A stretch of DNA of 64,000 nucleotides from Octopus vulgaris (taxonomy: Eukaryota): the NCBI GenBank assembly GCA_951406725.2, contig OX597815.1, positions 2,852,001 through 2,916,000 on the forward strand, written 5' to 3'. Below are positions 21,460-37,053 of this stretch, piece by piece (within the stretch, counting starts at the first letter, position 1; each line of letters opens with the position of its first letter). Both the position numbers and the translations under genes were made by a program. The notes beneath the pieces are model-generated. The model was given only the letters and a program-made list of their open reading frames with translations, ran no database searches and had not been told where the DNA came from.

Positions 21460-22696
21460 TGTTGTGGAAGGATTCCAACCACCCCTGAAGTGACTAAAGG
21501 TGGACTGACTCATTGTTATAAAGCAAAGAACTGTGAGCGATTGGCAGTTCGGGTTGGTAGCAGTTCACTGTGAGCCGTGATTGAGAGCGTTGAGTCTCGT
21601 GTAATAGTAATAGTAGTGCATCATTTAAATACTTCACCCTGCTTCGTTAAATTATATCTCTAACATACAAGGATATAAAAGTGGCGATGAGTTGATCGAA
21701 GCTTACGTTGGACGTTTAAAACCAAAGAAAAAATTGTTTAACATGAAGGAGTCAATTTACGTCAGACGAGTTCAGAGAATTTTGTAAAATGATCGTCATC
21801 GAACACGTCACCACTCCACTGTATCATCCTCGATTAAATGGACACACAGAGCATTTTATTGACACTTTCAAGGGGGCGTTGAAAAAGACGAATAATGAAG
21901 TGATGGACGATTTTGCACTCCAGCAATTTCTAAGACTGCTCTGAGGAACGCCTAATCCGAATCCCCCGTCTGAAATGTCACCCACAGAATCGATGTTTGC
22001 TAGGAAGATCAGATCCGTCTTTGAAAAGCTGATACCGAGTGGAAATATAAAAAGGTGAACAACAAAAATACTTCAAAATTCTTCAAGTTAAGTGACAAAG
22101 TTTTTTTTTTAAACCTATAGGTATGGTAAAGAAAGTTTGGAGGACAGTGTAATTATTAAACAAATTGGAAGAATGTTATTCCTGGTAAAAGGAAAAAAGG
22201 TCGAACATGAAAGACATATTAACCAACTTAAAAAAGATTCACAGAAATAAACAGTCATGGGAAATGAAATCTTTGTGGAAGTATTGTACAACACGTTTGA
22301 GGTATCAACGCCCAAACAATTTGAAACTACGCGTTTTAGCACCAGAAAACAGAAAAGAAAGGAAACACTGGAATTGAACCTTAAGCGTAAGAGATGTTAA
22401 AACTCCGAGCGGAGTTCAATTCTCAAAAGGGAAGAAATGAGGGGAGACTAATTCTAAAAAGGGGAGATGTTGTGGAAGGATTCCGATCCTACCCACAAGT
22501 GACTAAAGGTGAACTGACTCATTGTAATAAAACAGAGAACTGTGAGCGATTGGCAGTTCGGGTTTGGTAAGCCGTTCACTGTGAGCCGCGATTGAGAGCG
22601 TTGAGTCTCGTGTAATAGTAATGGTAGTGCGTCGTGTGATTACTTTCTTCCCTACTGCTTCGTTAACTTATATCTCTAACATACAAGGATATAAAA
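21460..22696 (+). mobile_element. Internally deleted Gypsy LTR retrotransposon (two ~220-230 bp LTRs)
   Basis: LTRs 21460-21680 and 22468-22696, PBS TGGCGA at 21682, PPT AAAAAGGGGAGA, TSD GTATG. Decayed integrase HVTTPLYHPRLNGHTEHFIDTFK and RHINQLK. Confidence 0.92.
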
Positions 22697-22774
22697 GTAT
22701 GTATGTATGTATGTATGTATGTATGTATGTATGTATGTATGTATGTATGTATGTATGTATGTATGTATGTATGT

Positions 22775-22965
22775 AGGGAGAGTTTACGAAAAAAACAAAA
22801 GACGAAGACAGGTGGTGTAGAAAACAAACAGATGTATTAACGCTCAGGAATAGAAAGAGTCTTTTACGTTTCGAGCCTACGCTCTTCTACAGAAAGGGAC
22901 ACAGAAAAAAAAAAGCAAGGAGAGAAAATGAATGTGTAGTGGCTAACGATCTATCATTGCGACTG
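22775..22965 (-). mobile_element. PLE-like terminal repeat, family P2
   Basis: Reverse complement of 20955-21172; hammerhead-like motif at ~22860-22896. Confidence 0.7.
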
Positions 22966-23009
22966 ACTTTTTGTATGTACGTATGTGCATAAGTTTGCTA
23001 GCGTCCGTA

Positions 23010-23400
23010 GTGTAGAATTGTACCCACTTCTTCAGAGCCACTTTCACCCCATCCGTTTCATCAAAGCGTTAACCTAACGGCTGTCCTTCATTAGAATGAA
23101 CGGCTGAAAGTGGAAGGGTATCAGATTCGGCCAGTAAGGAGGATGGAGAATCACTGACCAACCTAATTGGTCGATTGCGTGATTTGTTGCTGAAGATGTC
23201 TAATGAATGTGGATTCTTTTCAGACTCTTGTTCGGTCTACTCCTCTTAATGGCTACCAGATCAGAAAGGTCTGTGGATGAAAGACAGCATCCGTTACGCT
23301 CCTTGCCAGAATCTCCACAATGATATATTCCTTCTGTTCCAAATCGATTATTTTCCTGCAATGAAGAAGAGAAAGAAGTCTTACTGAAGAGGAACAGTTA
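23010..23400 (-). pseudogene. Decayed mariner transposase (catalytic domain C-terminal part)
   Basis: The minus strand reads LGWSVILHPPYWPNLIP (cf. mariner LGWEVLPHPPYSPDLAP), then frameshifted RFDETDGVKVALKKW. Confidence 0.75.
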
Positions 23401-23813
23401 CTCTACCAACGTGTGTGCAATTAGAATGACCCATGCGAGTTCATAAATAAACAAATATCTCCACTTTTGCATTTCTTTTGAGACAATCCTAGAATGTATG
23501 TATAGTATGTATAGGTATAAATGTGTATATAGACGTACGTAGATTCGTACGTACGTACATGAATACACACACACACATACACATGCATACACACACTCAC
23601 ATACACATGCATACACACAAACGCGTGTGCATTATAGCATCTTCCTCATTCTCTCCAAATTCATATTTTACAGTGCTTCGTGCATTATTTTTTAAAAAAC
23701 AAAAACTGTAATAATATATTTATTTATTCAGACTAGGGATTTAGGCTCTACTCAAGTTTCATAGTTATAATATAACACAATAAAATATACATCATAACAT
23801 ATAATATATACAT

Positions 23814-23860
<47 letters not shown>

Positions 23861-24818
23861 CTTATTCATGTGTGTGTGTGCGTACTTATATCGGTCAACA
23901 AAATTTGGAGAAACCTGAATTCGCCGTCAGACGATATTTATTCAAGGCGAGACTCTTAAAGTATGTCGTCTGCTGGTTTATTTGAAATGATAAAATGGTT
24001 ATTATAAAAGAAATGGGGTGAGATGTGAGATTAAACTAATCTGCACGCTGCACTCAAATACTTACACGCCTACAGAAACGAAATCTTCCAGAGAGAACCA
24101 AGCTGAGTTTGCAATAAAAAAACCTGTACAAAAATTTCGTCATTGCCACGGTTGTTTAGCCCTAGGTCAGACTGATGAAGCAGGACTAAGATAAATTAAG
24201 CGTTCTAGCCATGACAATCCTGTTCTTTTGTTAAATGAGATTGGCAGTAATTTAAGGGAGATATGGCAGCTATATCTAGCAGGGCAAGTAACACCTCGTC
24301 CTCCACCTGGTGTTCGTAAATCGGATCTTTATGAAAATGGGTCCAACCCTCACCTAGAATATTTATATATTAAACATTGATCTTTATACCTTCCTTGTGG
24401 AATTTCTTCTTTTGTTGCTGCCGCCTAATCCCGTGTCAGCCCAAAATAAGTAGATCTATGATCAAAGGCATTCCAGATTTGACCAGCTAGTCTTTTTTGA
24501 CAGACGATATTATTACACAACGCTCTATTTTTAAGACAGTAGATGTAATTTGCAGGATACATGGTTGCTATGTCTGGTAGGTCGAGCGACCACATAGAAG
24601 CACCCATTTATTTTCATTGCTATCCTTATTCCATCTGAGCGAAGTGAATTGGTGGCATTCACAGGAAGTGAAAGCTTTCGTCACAGGAAGTGAAAGCCTT
24701 CTGCAAAATGCATTGCCTATTGGCACTAAACCGGGATTAACAGCGAAAACTGATGTTTTGTTGTTTTTTTAAAAACTGCTCGGTCTTAAGCTAGGGATGT
24801 GATCACTCTATCTTACTA

Positions 24819-25312
24819 CCGTAAATCCTCGAGTATAATCCGCATTTCCCCCAAAAAACTTAAAGGTAAAAATCCCTAGTGCGTACTATATACGAGGTTA
24901 AAAAAGAAAATTATTTTCTAAGCAATGTCTGAGTCTCTATTTGCTGTCCAGCAATGTTTATTCAGACGCATTTTGTAATGTCGGGTGGGAAAATACCTTA
25001 AGCTGAGCCTGAAAGCAATGAAGTCATAAAAGATTCATCCATAACTTGCAGTAGGCAACATTTATTAAAATAAAAGTATTCAGAACACTGAATAACATGT
25101 AACAAAAACAATTTGCAAACATATTTACATTCCCATATAACAGTTAAGAACACCACCATTATTGTATTACGCATGCGCGGAAGTGTTTGTTCGACCAGGT
25201 GCTGCTGGTTTAATTACGCACGACTCAAGTTAGAGAAGGCGTGCGTATTATACACAAGGTTTAGGTACAGCCCCCTAAAAATCCCCTGCGTATTATACTC
25301 AAGGATTTACGG
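24819..25312. mobile_element. pogo/Tigger-type MITE
   Basis: TIRs CCGTAAATCCTCGAGTATAATCCGCA / TGCGTATTATACTCAAGGATTTACGG, TA TSD, and internal copies of the TIR motif. Confidence 0.9.
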
Positions 25313-25485
25313 TATATCGCAGAACACACCAGTTTGTTGAAACAATGTCTCTTTAAACTGGACTGTCTTACTATATGAGTGATGGTCACTATATGTGTAG
25401 TAGTTACTCCATCTTGTAACCACGGGCTTCGGTTATTGCTGTTGCGAATGATTCAATTCTAGGAAATGAAAGTTATAGAATGCAC

Positions 25486-25642
25486 CAGTGGTTCCTAACC
25501 TGTGGTCGGCGGGCCGGGCCGGGCCGCTGGTGGTCCTTAAAGGTAGTACTGGGGGGTACAGACCTTTCAATGTCCTGGAGTCCGTGGGAAAACTCACTCA
25601 CATAAAAGGAGTCCTTAGTAGTGAAAAGTTTTCGAACCATTG
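25486..25642. mobile_element. hAT (Charlie-like) MITE
   Basis: TIRs CAGTGGTTC / GAACCATTG; 8-bp TSD GAATGCAC / GAATACAC. Confidence 0.8.
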
Positions 25643-25899
25643 GAATACACTGTTACTGGATATCTGCTATCTTCAAAGAAATGTGGACCAAAGTTTGCTA
25701 CACGGCACCACAGTGCTTCACACTGAGAAACGGTGTTGGTGATGGTGATGGTGATGGTGGTGATGGCGGGCGTGGATAAGTATCCAGTCAATAACGAAGG
25801 TTTTGTTTATTGTACCCAACCTGACAAATACAAATGAACTTCGCTACACGCGCGAAAAATCATCATTAGGAGCATGGTTTCTTCAATATCTTCTTTTGT

Positions 25900-26262
25900 A
25901 GTTTTACTTGATTCAATCATTAGACTGCGGCCATGCTGGAGCACCGTCTTGAATGAATGGATTCCAGCACATATTTTTTTAAAGTCTGCCAGCTACTCAT
26001 TCTATCGGTCTTCTATGCCAAACTGTTAAGTTAAGGGTACGTAAACACACGAACACCGGTTGTCAAGCTTTGGTGGGGTACATACACGTACACATACATA
26101 GGTGCAGGAGTGGCTGTGTGGCAAGAAGTTTACTTCCCAACCACATGGTTCCTAGTTCAGTCCCACTGCATGGAACCTTGGGCAAGTGTCTTCTACTATA
26201 GCCTCGAGCCGACCAAGGCCTTGTTAGTGGATTTCGTAGACGGAAACTGAAAGAAGTCCGTC

Positions 26263-26338
<76 letters not shown>

Positions 26339-26522
26339 CTTTCTGTCTGTCCCCCCACCATCGCTTGACAACCGATGTTGGTGTGTTTATATCCCCGAAA
26401 CTTAGCGGTTCGGAAAAAGACCGATAGAATAAGTACTAAGCTTACAAAGACTAAGTCTTGGGGTCGATTACTTCGACTAAAGGCCATGCTCCAGCATGGC
26501 TACAGTGAAATGATTGAAACGT
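25900..26522. mobile_element. Two SINE B copies in inverted orientation (25900-26068 -, 26100-26522 +)
   Basis: Homology to the B consensus. Confidence 0.85.
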
Positions 26523-26523
26523 G

Positions 26524-26572
<49 letters not shown>

Positions 26573-26592
26573 CATATATATGTATATATATG

Positions 26593-26629
<37 letters not shown>

Positions 26630-26630
26630 A

Positions 26631-26689
<59 letters not shown>

Positions 26690-26712
26690 CACGCACGCAC
26701 ACACACACACAC

Positions 26713-26745
<33 letters not shown>

Positions 26746-26909
26746 TGTATGTATAAACGCAATAGAGGACATTAAAATGTTCGGACAGACAGACGATACA
26801 AAGGCGGAGAAGAGAAACAACAATTAGAAGGACAGGCAAAGAAAAGACGGGGCATTCGTGGCTTTCTTTCTTCAGTCAAGTTCCAGAAGTCACGACCATT
26901 TCGGGCAGT

Positions 26910-26971
<62 letters not shown>

Positions 26972-27464
26972 ATATATATATACACGACAGGTATCTCTCG
27001 GTTTCTGTCGACCAAATGTATATACACACACATACACACGTTACTTTATCTCGTTCGGCTTAACAGCCCTTCTTGCCTTGTTATTCTCCTTGTCCTGTCT
27101 TTTACTGTTTATATGTTATACTGTCGTTACTGTCCTGTTTTTGTTACCATTTTTACCCGTCTGCAAAAAGATCTCAAATTTTATTTGATTTGCTTTTCGC
27201 AGGAAGGAAAGTTTCTATTGAAGACGCGTCTCGCCTTCACCTTCGACTGAAGAAGGGTTTTTTCCTTGTGTTATTTGTCCTGTACTCTATTTTTTTGTTG
27301 TTTAAGAAAAATATCCAGTTCCTTGGGTTTGTGTCTATGTTTTCGTTTCTCATTGTGTTCGACGTTTTTTTGGTGTCCTGTACTCATATATGCGTGTATA
27401 TATACATGTAGAGATAGGTACGTATATATATGTATATATATATATATGCATGTTTTATTTATTA

Positions 27465-27523
<59 letters not shown>

Positions 27524-27592
27524 ATACACGACAGGTATCTCTCGGTTTCTGTCGACCAAATGTATACACTCACACACACACATACATACACA

Positions 27593-27669
<77 letters not shown>

Positions 27670-27670
27670 G
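26523..27670. repeat. Microsatellite complex with unclassified repeat fragments and a ~40-bp direct duplication (26982 / 27527)
   Basis: (CT)n, (TA)n, (TATG)n and (CA)n tracts; CACGACAGGTATCTCTCGGTTTCTGTCGACCAAATGTATA occurs twice. Confidence 0.75.
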
Positions 27671-28556
27671 TTAGCATTAAGCTGATTAAACTGAAGAATT
27701 ACTTAATACTTTTTCAGAACGGTAGATGCTTAATAAACTTTCAAAAGTCAAAGGTTGACTGAAACATGAAAGTTTCGGCGTGCTCGCTTTCGCCAACAAC
27801 ATCGTCAACCAATCTGACAAAAGCGTGGAACCCGATACGTCGAAGTCACAACCAACCTCTTACTTGTAAAAACTTATGAATACATATGTGTGTGTTTATA
27901 AAACACACACACACACACACACACACACATATTTACTCTGAAACATGTTTTATTTTCTCTAATATCTTATTGAAATTAAGGTTGAACAGGATGTCCCCAC
28001 CCCCTAATATACAGGAATTAGTGCCATGAGTTTCAGGGCTTCGTGATAAAATAATATGGCAACCATTGCTGTAATGTATAATTTTACAGAGATCTGGTTG
28101 TTATTTCAAGCAAGTCTATTAATAACATGCTGGAACAGATTAAAAGAACTTTTATTACACATCATCATCATCATCATCATCGTGGTCGCCGTAATCGTCG
28201 TTGTCGTTGTCATTATCATCATCATCATTATCATCATTAGCCCTTGGTCATTAACGTCTCGACTCCTAGGACCAGATTTCGCAAGCGAATAAGTCTATGC
28301 AACACAGTAACCGAGATCGCAACTCAATCCCCACTGACAGCAGACTCGTCCATCGAAGGCGGCTTACTCATTCACAACTGAACAGACGAGAGCAAAATGG
28401 AATGAAGCGTTTTGTTGAAGGACACAACGCACCCCTCGATCCGGGACGAAACCACAATGTTGCGATCGTAGATGCAACACACTAACCACAGCCTTCTACA
28501 AATACTTCTTTTTGCAAATCTTCGAATAAAATTCAAATAGGTTTATAACTAATTCT

Positions 28557-28971
28557 TATTTCTTTATTGCCCACAAGGAGCTAAACATAGAGGGGGCAAA
28601 CAAGGACAGACAAACGGATTAAGTCGATTACATCGACCCCAGTGCGTAACTGGTACTTATTTAATCGACCCCGAAAGGATGAAAGGCAAAGTCGACCTCG
28701 GCGGAATTTGAACTCAGAACGTAGCGACAGGTGAAATACCTATTTCTTTACTACCCACAAGGGGCTAAACACAGAGAGGACAAACAAGGACAGACAAACG
28801 GATTAAGTCGATTATATCGACCCCAGTGCGTAACTGGTACTTATTTAATCGACCCCGAAAGGATAAAAGGCAAAGTCGACCTCGGCGGAATTTGAACTCA
28901 GAACGTAACGGCAGACGAAATACTGTTAAGCATTTCGCCCGGCGTGCTAACGATTCTGCCAGCTCGCCGCC
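28557..28971 (-). mobile_element. SINE family C dimer
   Basis: Junction GAAATACC|TATTTC at 28733-28746; TSD TTTATAACTAAT(T/C)CT. Confidence 0.9.
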
Positions 28972-30320
28972 TTTATAACTAATCCTACGTGCAACCTATC
29001 TTTCCCTTTGGCACCTCTTTTCTGTGAGTTTCTGCGCCATATGTTCTCTCAGTGAGTATGTAGGGCACGTATTGATAGTAAAATAAACACGAACGCAAAT
29101 AGGTGCAGCAGGCACGGCTGTATGGTATGAAACTACGTGTTTTCGGGTTCAATCACATTGCGTGACTTTTACAATATCCCCAGGCCGACCAAAGCCTTAT
29201 GCGTGGATTTGGTAGACGGAAACCGAAAGAAGTTTATCTCTTCAGATTTTCTAGTGAATTCAGAGCCAGGACATTTCGCAAGCGAATACGTCTATGTAAA
29301 AAAATGCCTTTTAAGGGTCTCTCGTAAATATTGACCAATGTATCATGAGTAGATGCCCGAAGCAGGGACTGAGAGCAGACAAACTTAAAAATGGGAATAT
29401 CGCAATGCTAAGACAAAAAGTAAGACACAATGTTGACTAGTAAACCTTTACCAATTATGGTAAAACAAAATACTGTATCCGTTGCTGGTTGCCAGGAATG
29501 TGTTTAATATGAAAATCGGTCTCAAGATGGTGAGCTGGCAGAATCGCTAGCAGACCGGGCAAAATGCTTAGCGCCATTTCCTCCGTCTTTGCGTTCTGGG
29601 TTCAAATTCCGCTGAGGTTGACTTTGCCTTTCATCTTCTCGAGGTCGATAAAATAAGTACCAGTTGAGTACTGGGGTTACTGCCCCGAAATTGCTGCCCT
29701 TGAGCCAAAATTTGAAAACCAATATGTAAATTGCCTGCTAGAAATAGCTACCCAATCTCCCCTATTTTACACCCTGTCATCTTACAAATGGAAAGACGCG
29801 TTAGATAATGATGATAAAAATAAAGGCTCAGTCGTGGCTGTGTGGTAAGAAAGTTTCCTCTCAACCATATGCTATTGGGTTCAGTCCTACTGCGTGGCGT
29901 CTTGGACAAGTGACAGAAACTGGAAGCCCGTTGCATATACTAGCGGAGATACCCGGCGTAGCTCGGGATTAAAATGGCATAGTTTTTTTATTGTTTTACT
30001 CGCTACAGTCAAGTGGCTGCGACTATGCTGGAGCACCGCCTTTAGTCGAACAAATCGACCCTGGAATTTTTTTTTGTGAGCCTAGTACTTATTATATCGG
30101 TGCCATTTATTAAACAGCTTAGTTACGAGGACGTAAACACACCAACATCGGTTTCAAGCGATGGTGGAGGTACATACACAGAAACAAACACACACGAAAT
30201 CTCTCTCTCTTTCTCTCTCTCACACACACACACACACACAAATATACACATATAGACAATCTTTCGTTTTACGTTTACAAAATCCACTCACAAGGATTTG
30301 GTCAGCCTGAGGCAATACTC

Positions 30321-30448
<128 letters not shown>

Positions 30449-30467
30449 GATGTATGTATATGTATGT

Positions 30468-30498
<31 letters not shown>

Positions 30499-30596
30499 TA
30501 TATACATGTATATATATGTGTATATATATATATATACATGTATATATATATATATTACCTATATATATGCATATATTTGTATACATATATATATGC

Positions 30597-30645
<49 letters not shown>

Positions 30646-30694
30646 CATATATAAATAAATCGAGTTAAACGCAGATGTTATTCAAATTTTTATA

Positions 30695-30782
30695 CTTCTG
30701 ACATATGTTTCGAAGAAAACATTGGTATTATTCCAGAAGGAATAAAATGATGTAAAACAATGCAGTCTTCTCACCAGGGAAA
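30695..30782 (-). ncRNA. Degenerate type I hammerhead (relative of 52430-52512)
   Basis: CTGGTGA-GAAGA...TCTTC-GAAA-CATATGTC, with inner hairpin TATTCC/GGAATA. Confidence 0.6.
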
Positions 30783-31246
30783 AACGTATCAATAAGACAT
30801 TTTAACCGAATGTGGTTACTGCATATATGATGAAGAGAACGCTTTTAAGTTATATTTTTTAAAATAACCGTTAATAAATATAACGTCAAAAGCAATTTAT
30901 ACAAAGAAAAGGAGGAAGAAGAAAGAAATTAGCAGAAAACCAAAAATGGAGAAATATAGTGCGATAGGTGAATAGGAATAAAGATTAAAGGCGTGGAAAT
31001 AAATATATTTAGGGGACGCGAAATGTAAGAAGACAGTTCATGGTCAAACTGGTAGAAATTCCGTATAGGAACTAAAGGTATGTTTTTGTCAATGCTTGTA
31101 ACAACAAACCCCACCTATAAACGTGTTTACAAGAGTATTCCCTGAGAACAAGATGAAGTACAGTTCATCGTTACAGAGCAAACAAAAGGATTTACCTTTA
31201 TCATACGGAAAGGATATAGATAGAATATTCCATTGCAAATGAAATT

Positions 31247-31302
<56 letters not shown>

Positions 31303-31310
<8 letters not shown>

Positions 31311-32556
31311 TAAATTAGAGATAAAACCACTATTAGGCAACTCAAACAGTGATAGACATAAACCAAAACATAAAAAAACAAAAAATAAATAAATATAATT
31401 AATATAAAATTTAAAATTTTAAAATTTATATTATATTTAACTTTTTATACTTTTTGGTTAGTTATATAAAAAAAAATTTAAGTTTAAAAATTAAAAAAAA
31501 TAAAAATTTAAAACTAAATTAAAAAATTTAAAATTTTATAGTTTATATATATATATTATATATTATATTAATTATATTTATTTTTTATGTTTTGGTTTAT
31601 GTCTATCACTGTTTGAGTTGCCTAATAGTGGTTTTATCTCTAATTTAATTTATATTTATACTGTGAAATTTGATTTAATCCTAAATCTAATTTTTCCCTC
31701 TAAGTTTGGATATACTCCCTAATATTATTATTATTAATCAATATATTGATAAATTACGTAAATTGAGTGTAATATCTCAACTTCGTAAATTATGGAATTT
31801 ACAGGTAAGATAGAACCGCTATTTTGGAATTCATCTTTGAAGTATATTCCAATACCTTCTAGGAAAGAATATATTTTGAAACTTAACAATATTAAGGATT
31901 TTGTTTCTAGAATTAAATGGAAAAATATACATACATATATATATATATATTTGTATATATATATTTAAATTTATAAGTTTAAATTATTTTAATAATTTTT
32001 TAACTTTTAACTTTTATACTTTTAAATTAATTTTATGTATTGGCTTATGTTTTTCACTGTTTGATTTGCCTAATAGTGGTTTATCTCTAATTTAATATAA
32101 TATAATATAATATATTTATACTATAAAATTGGATTTAATCCTAAATCTAATTTTTCCCTGTAAGTTTAGATTTATTCCCTAATATTATTATTATTAATTA
32201 ATATATTGATAAATTACGTAAATTGAGTGTAATATCTCAACTTCGTAAATTATGGAATTTACAGGTAAGATAGAACCGCTATTTTGGAATTCATCTTTGA
32301 AGGATATTCCAATACCTTCTAGGAAAGAATATATTTTGAAACTTATTAACAATATTAAGGATTTTGTTTCTAGAATTAAATGGAAAAATATACACACATA
32401 CACATATATATATATATATTTGTATATATATAATTAAATTTATAAGTTTAAATTATTTTAATAATTTTTAACTTTTATACTTTTAAATTAATTTTCTGTA
32501 TTGGCTTATGTTTTTCACTGTTTGATTTGCCTAATAGTGGTTTTATCTCTAATCTA

Positions 32557-32560
<4 letters not shown>
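31303..32560 (+). mobile_element. PLE-derived array (family P3): inverted piece plus ~460-bp tandem units carrying the ORF start
   Basis: Perfect ~75-bp inverted arms 31303-31378 / 31581-31655. ATGs at 31792 and 32252 encode SLKDIPIPSRKEYILKLINNIKDFVSRIKWK, resembling the N-terminus of PLE ORFs. (TA)n flanks. Confidence 0.7.
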
Positions 32561-32648
<88 letters not shown>

Positions 32649-33607
32649 AATATATTACAATTACTCAATAGTCAAGATAAAACTCTGAGTTTCAGATGCC
32701 GAAGTGGAAATCCACAACACCATCTTTTCGGTTATTTGGCCATCTGAAAAAACGCTATGAAAAAATACTGCTATATAAAGGGAATTTACTGTGTTATAAT
32801 TCTGCTACTTATATAAAATAAGATTAAAAGTTCATAGTAAACACGTAAACATGGCTAGTCATACGCTCACATATACGCTCGCGGACCCACGTGCGTACTT
32901 ATACGTCACTATGAAAACTTACACATCTTCACTCACATTTTTCGCCAAATATATACGCATATATATACAAACTCACACACACACACACACGCGCGTACCG
33001 TAAAAGTTCATACATACGTCTATATACGCACAAGCACAAGAAAAACCATGGTTAAAGGTAACAGATAAAACATAAGGATGTATACAAAACATAAAAACCA
33101 CGTTCATATACGGACATGCCCCTATGCACTCATACACACACACGCCCATGTATGCACATACCCGCACATGTTTATATACGCATACACACACACGCATATA
33201 CAAAAATGAAATATACATATGCCCCCCCCCCCTCGAAAAAAAAAAAAAACTAAGTAAAAACGTCTATATATATATGCATTCTTATGCCCGCACACACGCA
33301 CACACCTAAAACTGCCCACTCATACATATACACCCATTGTACAAATGAATCTATATACACGTCTATATAGGCACAGGAAAAAATACAGGATAGAAGAGTA
33401 CAGAAAAAATTATTACGTGTGAAAATATAAAAATATATGAAATAATAAAAGGTATAATGAGATAAAAACTTTTTGGGACATAATATAGAAAGCAAGTTCT
33501 ATGTTTTCTTTAGGGGATATATATAAATATATATATATATATATACATATTTATATACATATATATATATATACATATATACACATTTATATATATACTT
33601 ATATAAT

Positions 33608-33667
<60 letters not shown>

Positions 33668-34684
33668 TATATTCATACATATATAAGCACACACACACAC
33701 ACACACTCATATATGTATATATAGTGAAACTATTAAAAGGGAAACAATATAAAAGTGAAACTATTATATCACATTACAATAGAGATGCTATTGTTTCACT
33801 TTTGACACGTAATACCGAAACAATCTAAGATATTGCTCCGGGCTCGCATTAGGCAAGAAGTTGAAAATTTGAATGAAATCGGTTGGGTAGTTCTGGAGTT
33901 TTATTGATGCACACATACACACATTCTTTGTTTTTTAATATAGATATATAGATATGGAGCATATGTGCTTGTCTGTGTTTATCCCCTGCCCAATCGCTTG
34001 ATAACCGGTGTTGTTGTGTTTCCGTCCCCGTAAATTTGCGGTTCGTCAAAAGTGACAGAATAGTTTTATCTTTTATCTTTTATCTTTTACTTCTATCGAC
34101 CACAATACTGCGGCCATGCTGGGGCACTGCCTTGAAGAATTTTTAGTATCAGGTTTTGAAAACAATAAAAGTACTGGGGTCGATTCGCTCGACTAAAAAT
34201 TCTTCAAGGCAGTGCCCCAGCATGGCCGCAATATTGTGGTCGATACAAGTAAAAGATGAAAGATAAAAGATATTATTATCCTCACGGAGAAAAAAGACAT
34301 TTTCCCGATTGGAACGTCTTTGATTATGATAAGTCTTTTTGATGAGTACTGGCCCAGGGCTAAACACGACCACCACCGCCGCCACCGATATCCAGCCTAC
34401 AGACATCCCCCCCCACCGACATGCCCCCACCCTTTACTAACTCCATCGATACTGCGCATTTCAGTGTTTGTTTAGTTTGTATTGTGCCAGTTGGTATTCG
34501 GGGTATGCAGAGAGAGAGAAGGAATTCGGATGGCAGTCGACAACAGGGTGGCGGTACGCATGCATATATGCGTGCGTATATGTATACACACGCACACGTG
34601 TGTGTGTGTGTGTGCGTGTGAGTGTGTGCGTGTGTGTATGTGTGCATGTGAGTGTGTGTGTGTGCGTGTGTGTGTGTGTGTGTA

Positions 34685-34735
<51 letters not shown>

Positions 34736-34833
34736 GTGCGTGCGTGCGTGTGTGTGTGCGTGTGTGCGTGTGTGTGCGTGTGTGTGTGTGCGTGTGTGTG
34801 TGCGTGTGCGTGTGTGCGTGTGTGTGTGCGTGA

Positions 34834-34897
<64 letters not shown>

Positions 34898-35323
34898 GTG
34901 TGCGTGAGTGTGTGTGTGCGTGCGTGTGAGTGAGTAGCTTCACGTTTGTACTTAACCAAATAATACCGTGGTAATAACTTACACGAATCTCTTGAAAATA
35001 CGCGTATAACTTTTACAGTGTAAATGTAATGCGTAAATGTAAAATTCACACACAAAACACACACACACACAAGCAAAAAGGTATATTAAATGCTTGCATA
35101 TTGGTATAATAATCGTGTCAAAGTTTAGTACGTAGCTATACGTTTCGGGGGAAGGTGGTAGTCGATGATATCTACCGCACTAGCACTTCACAGGTACTTA
35201 TTTTGTGCACTCCGAAAGGATGAAAGGCAAAAGCCACTTCGATAGAATTGGAACGAACGAACGGTTGCTAAGCCTGGCATGCTAACGATTCGGCCAGCTC
35301 CCCACCTTAATAATAATATAGAA

Positions 35324-35412
<89 letters not shown>

Positions 35413-35427
35413 AATGATGATGATGAC

Positions 35428-35490
<63 letters not shown>

Positions 35491-35500
35491 AATGATGATA
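35324..35500. repeat. (GAT)n microsatellite
   Basis: Visible directly in the sequence. Confidence 0.95.
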
Positions 35501-35973
35501 ATGCCATGATGCAGTACCAAGCATTGGCTCTCATGGCTTCTGATCTTAACTGATTGGAAGTGTTATCATGTACATTGTTTTGTCTTGGTTTAAAAGATGG
35601 GCTACAGAAAATATTCTGCTCAATACCACAGATTTGCTTGTCAGTTGTTTGACCTTAACCAGCTGAGCATGTCCCTTAGTGGCTGACGATATGTGCATCT
35701 CTGATCATGAGCAGAAGTAGTCGGGGAGCATCATAGCCATATGTTGAAGCGAATTCTTGGAGGTTTGGATAATTCACCTTTGGAAACATGGGTGTTTCGT
35801 TCAACATCCTTAAACAACCCTTATTCAAGGACCTTTTGAGCGGGATGGACTACTCAACCTGAAGAAAATTCTAACTGAGGCCCGCCTGCAAGGTCATGTG
35901 CTGTTTATCTTGATAAGAGATCACCATGTCGCGCACATATGGTTGTGATGCATGTGTCTGGTGTACCCTTATC
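35501..35973 (+). mobile_element. Family M copy, 3' end missing
   Basis: Homology to 2376-2931. Confidence 0.9.
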
Positions 35974-36029
35974 ACAAGGACAGCAATTTTGTGCGAGAGG
36001 ATGAGTCGATTACATCGACCCCTATATAG

Positions 36030-37029
<1,000 letters not shown>

Positions 37030-37053
37030 TAATAATAATAATAATAATAATAA

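Noticed and set aside
26860-27265. CTGAAGA motifs at ~26870 (-) and ~27248 (+)
   Set aside because: No correctly placed GAAA or stem II partner.
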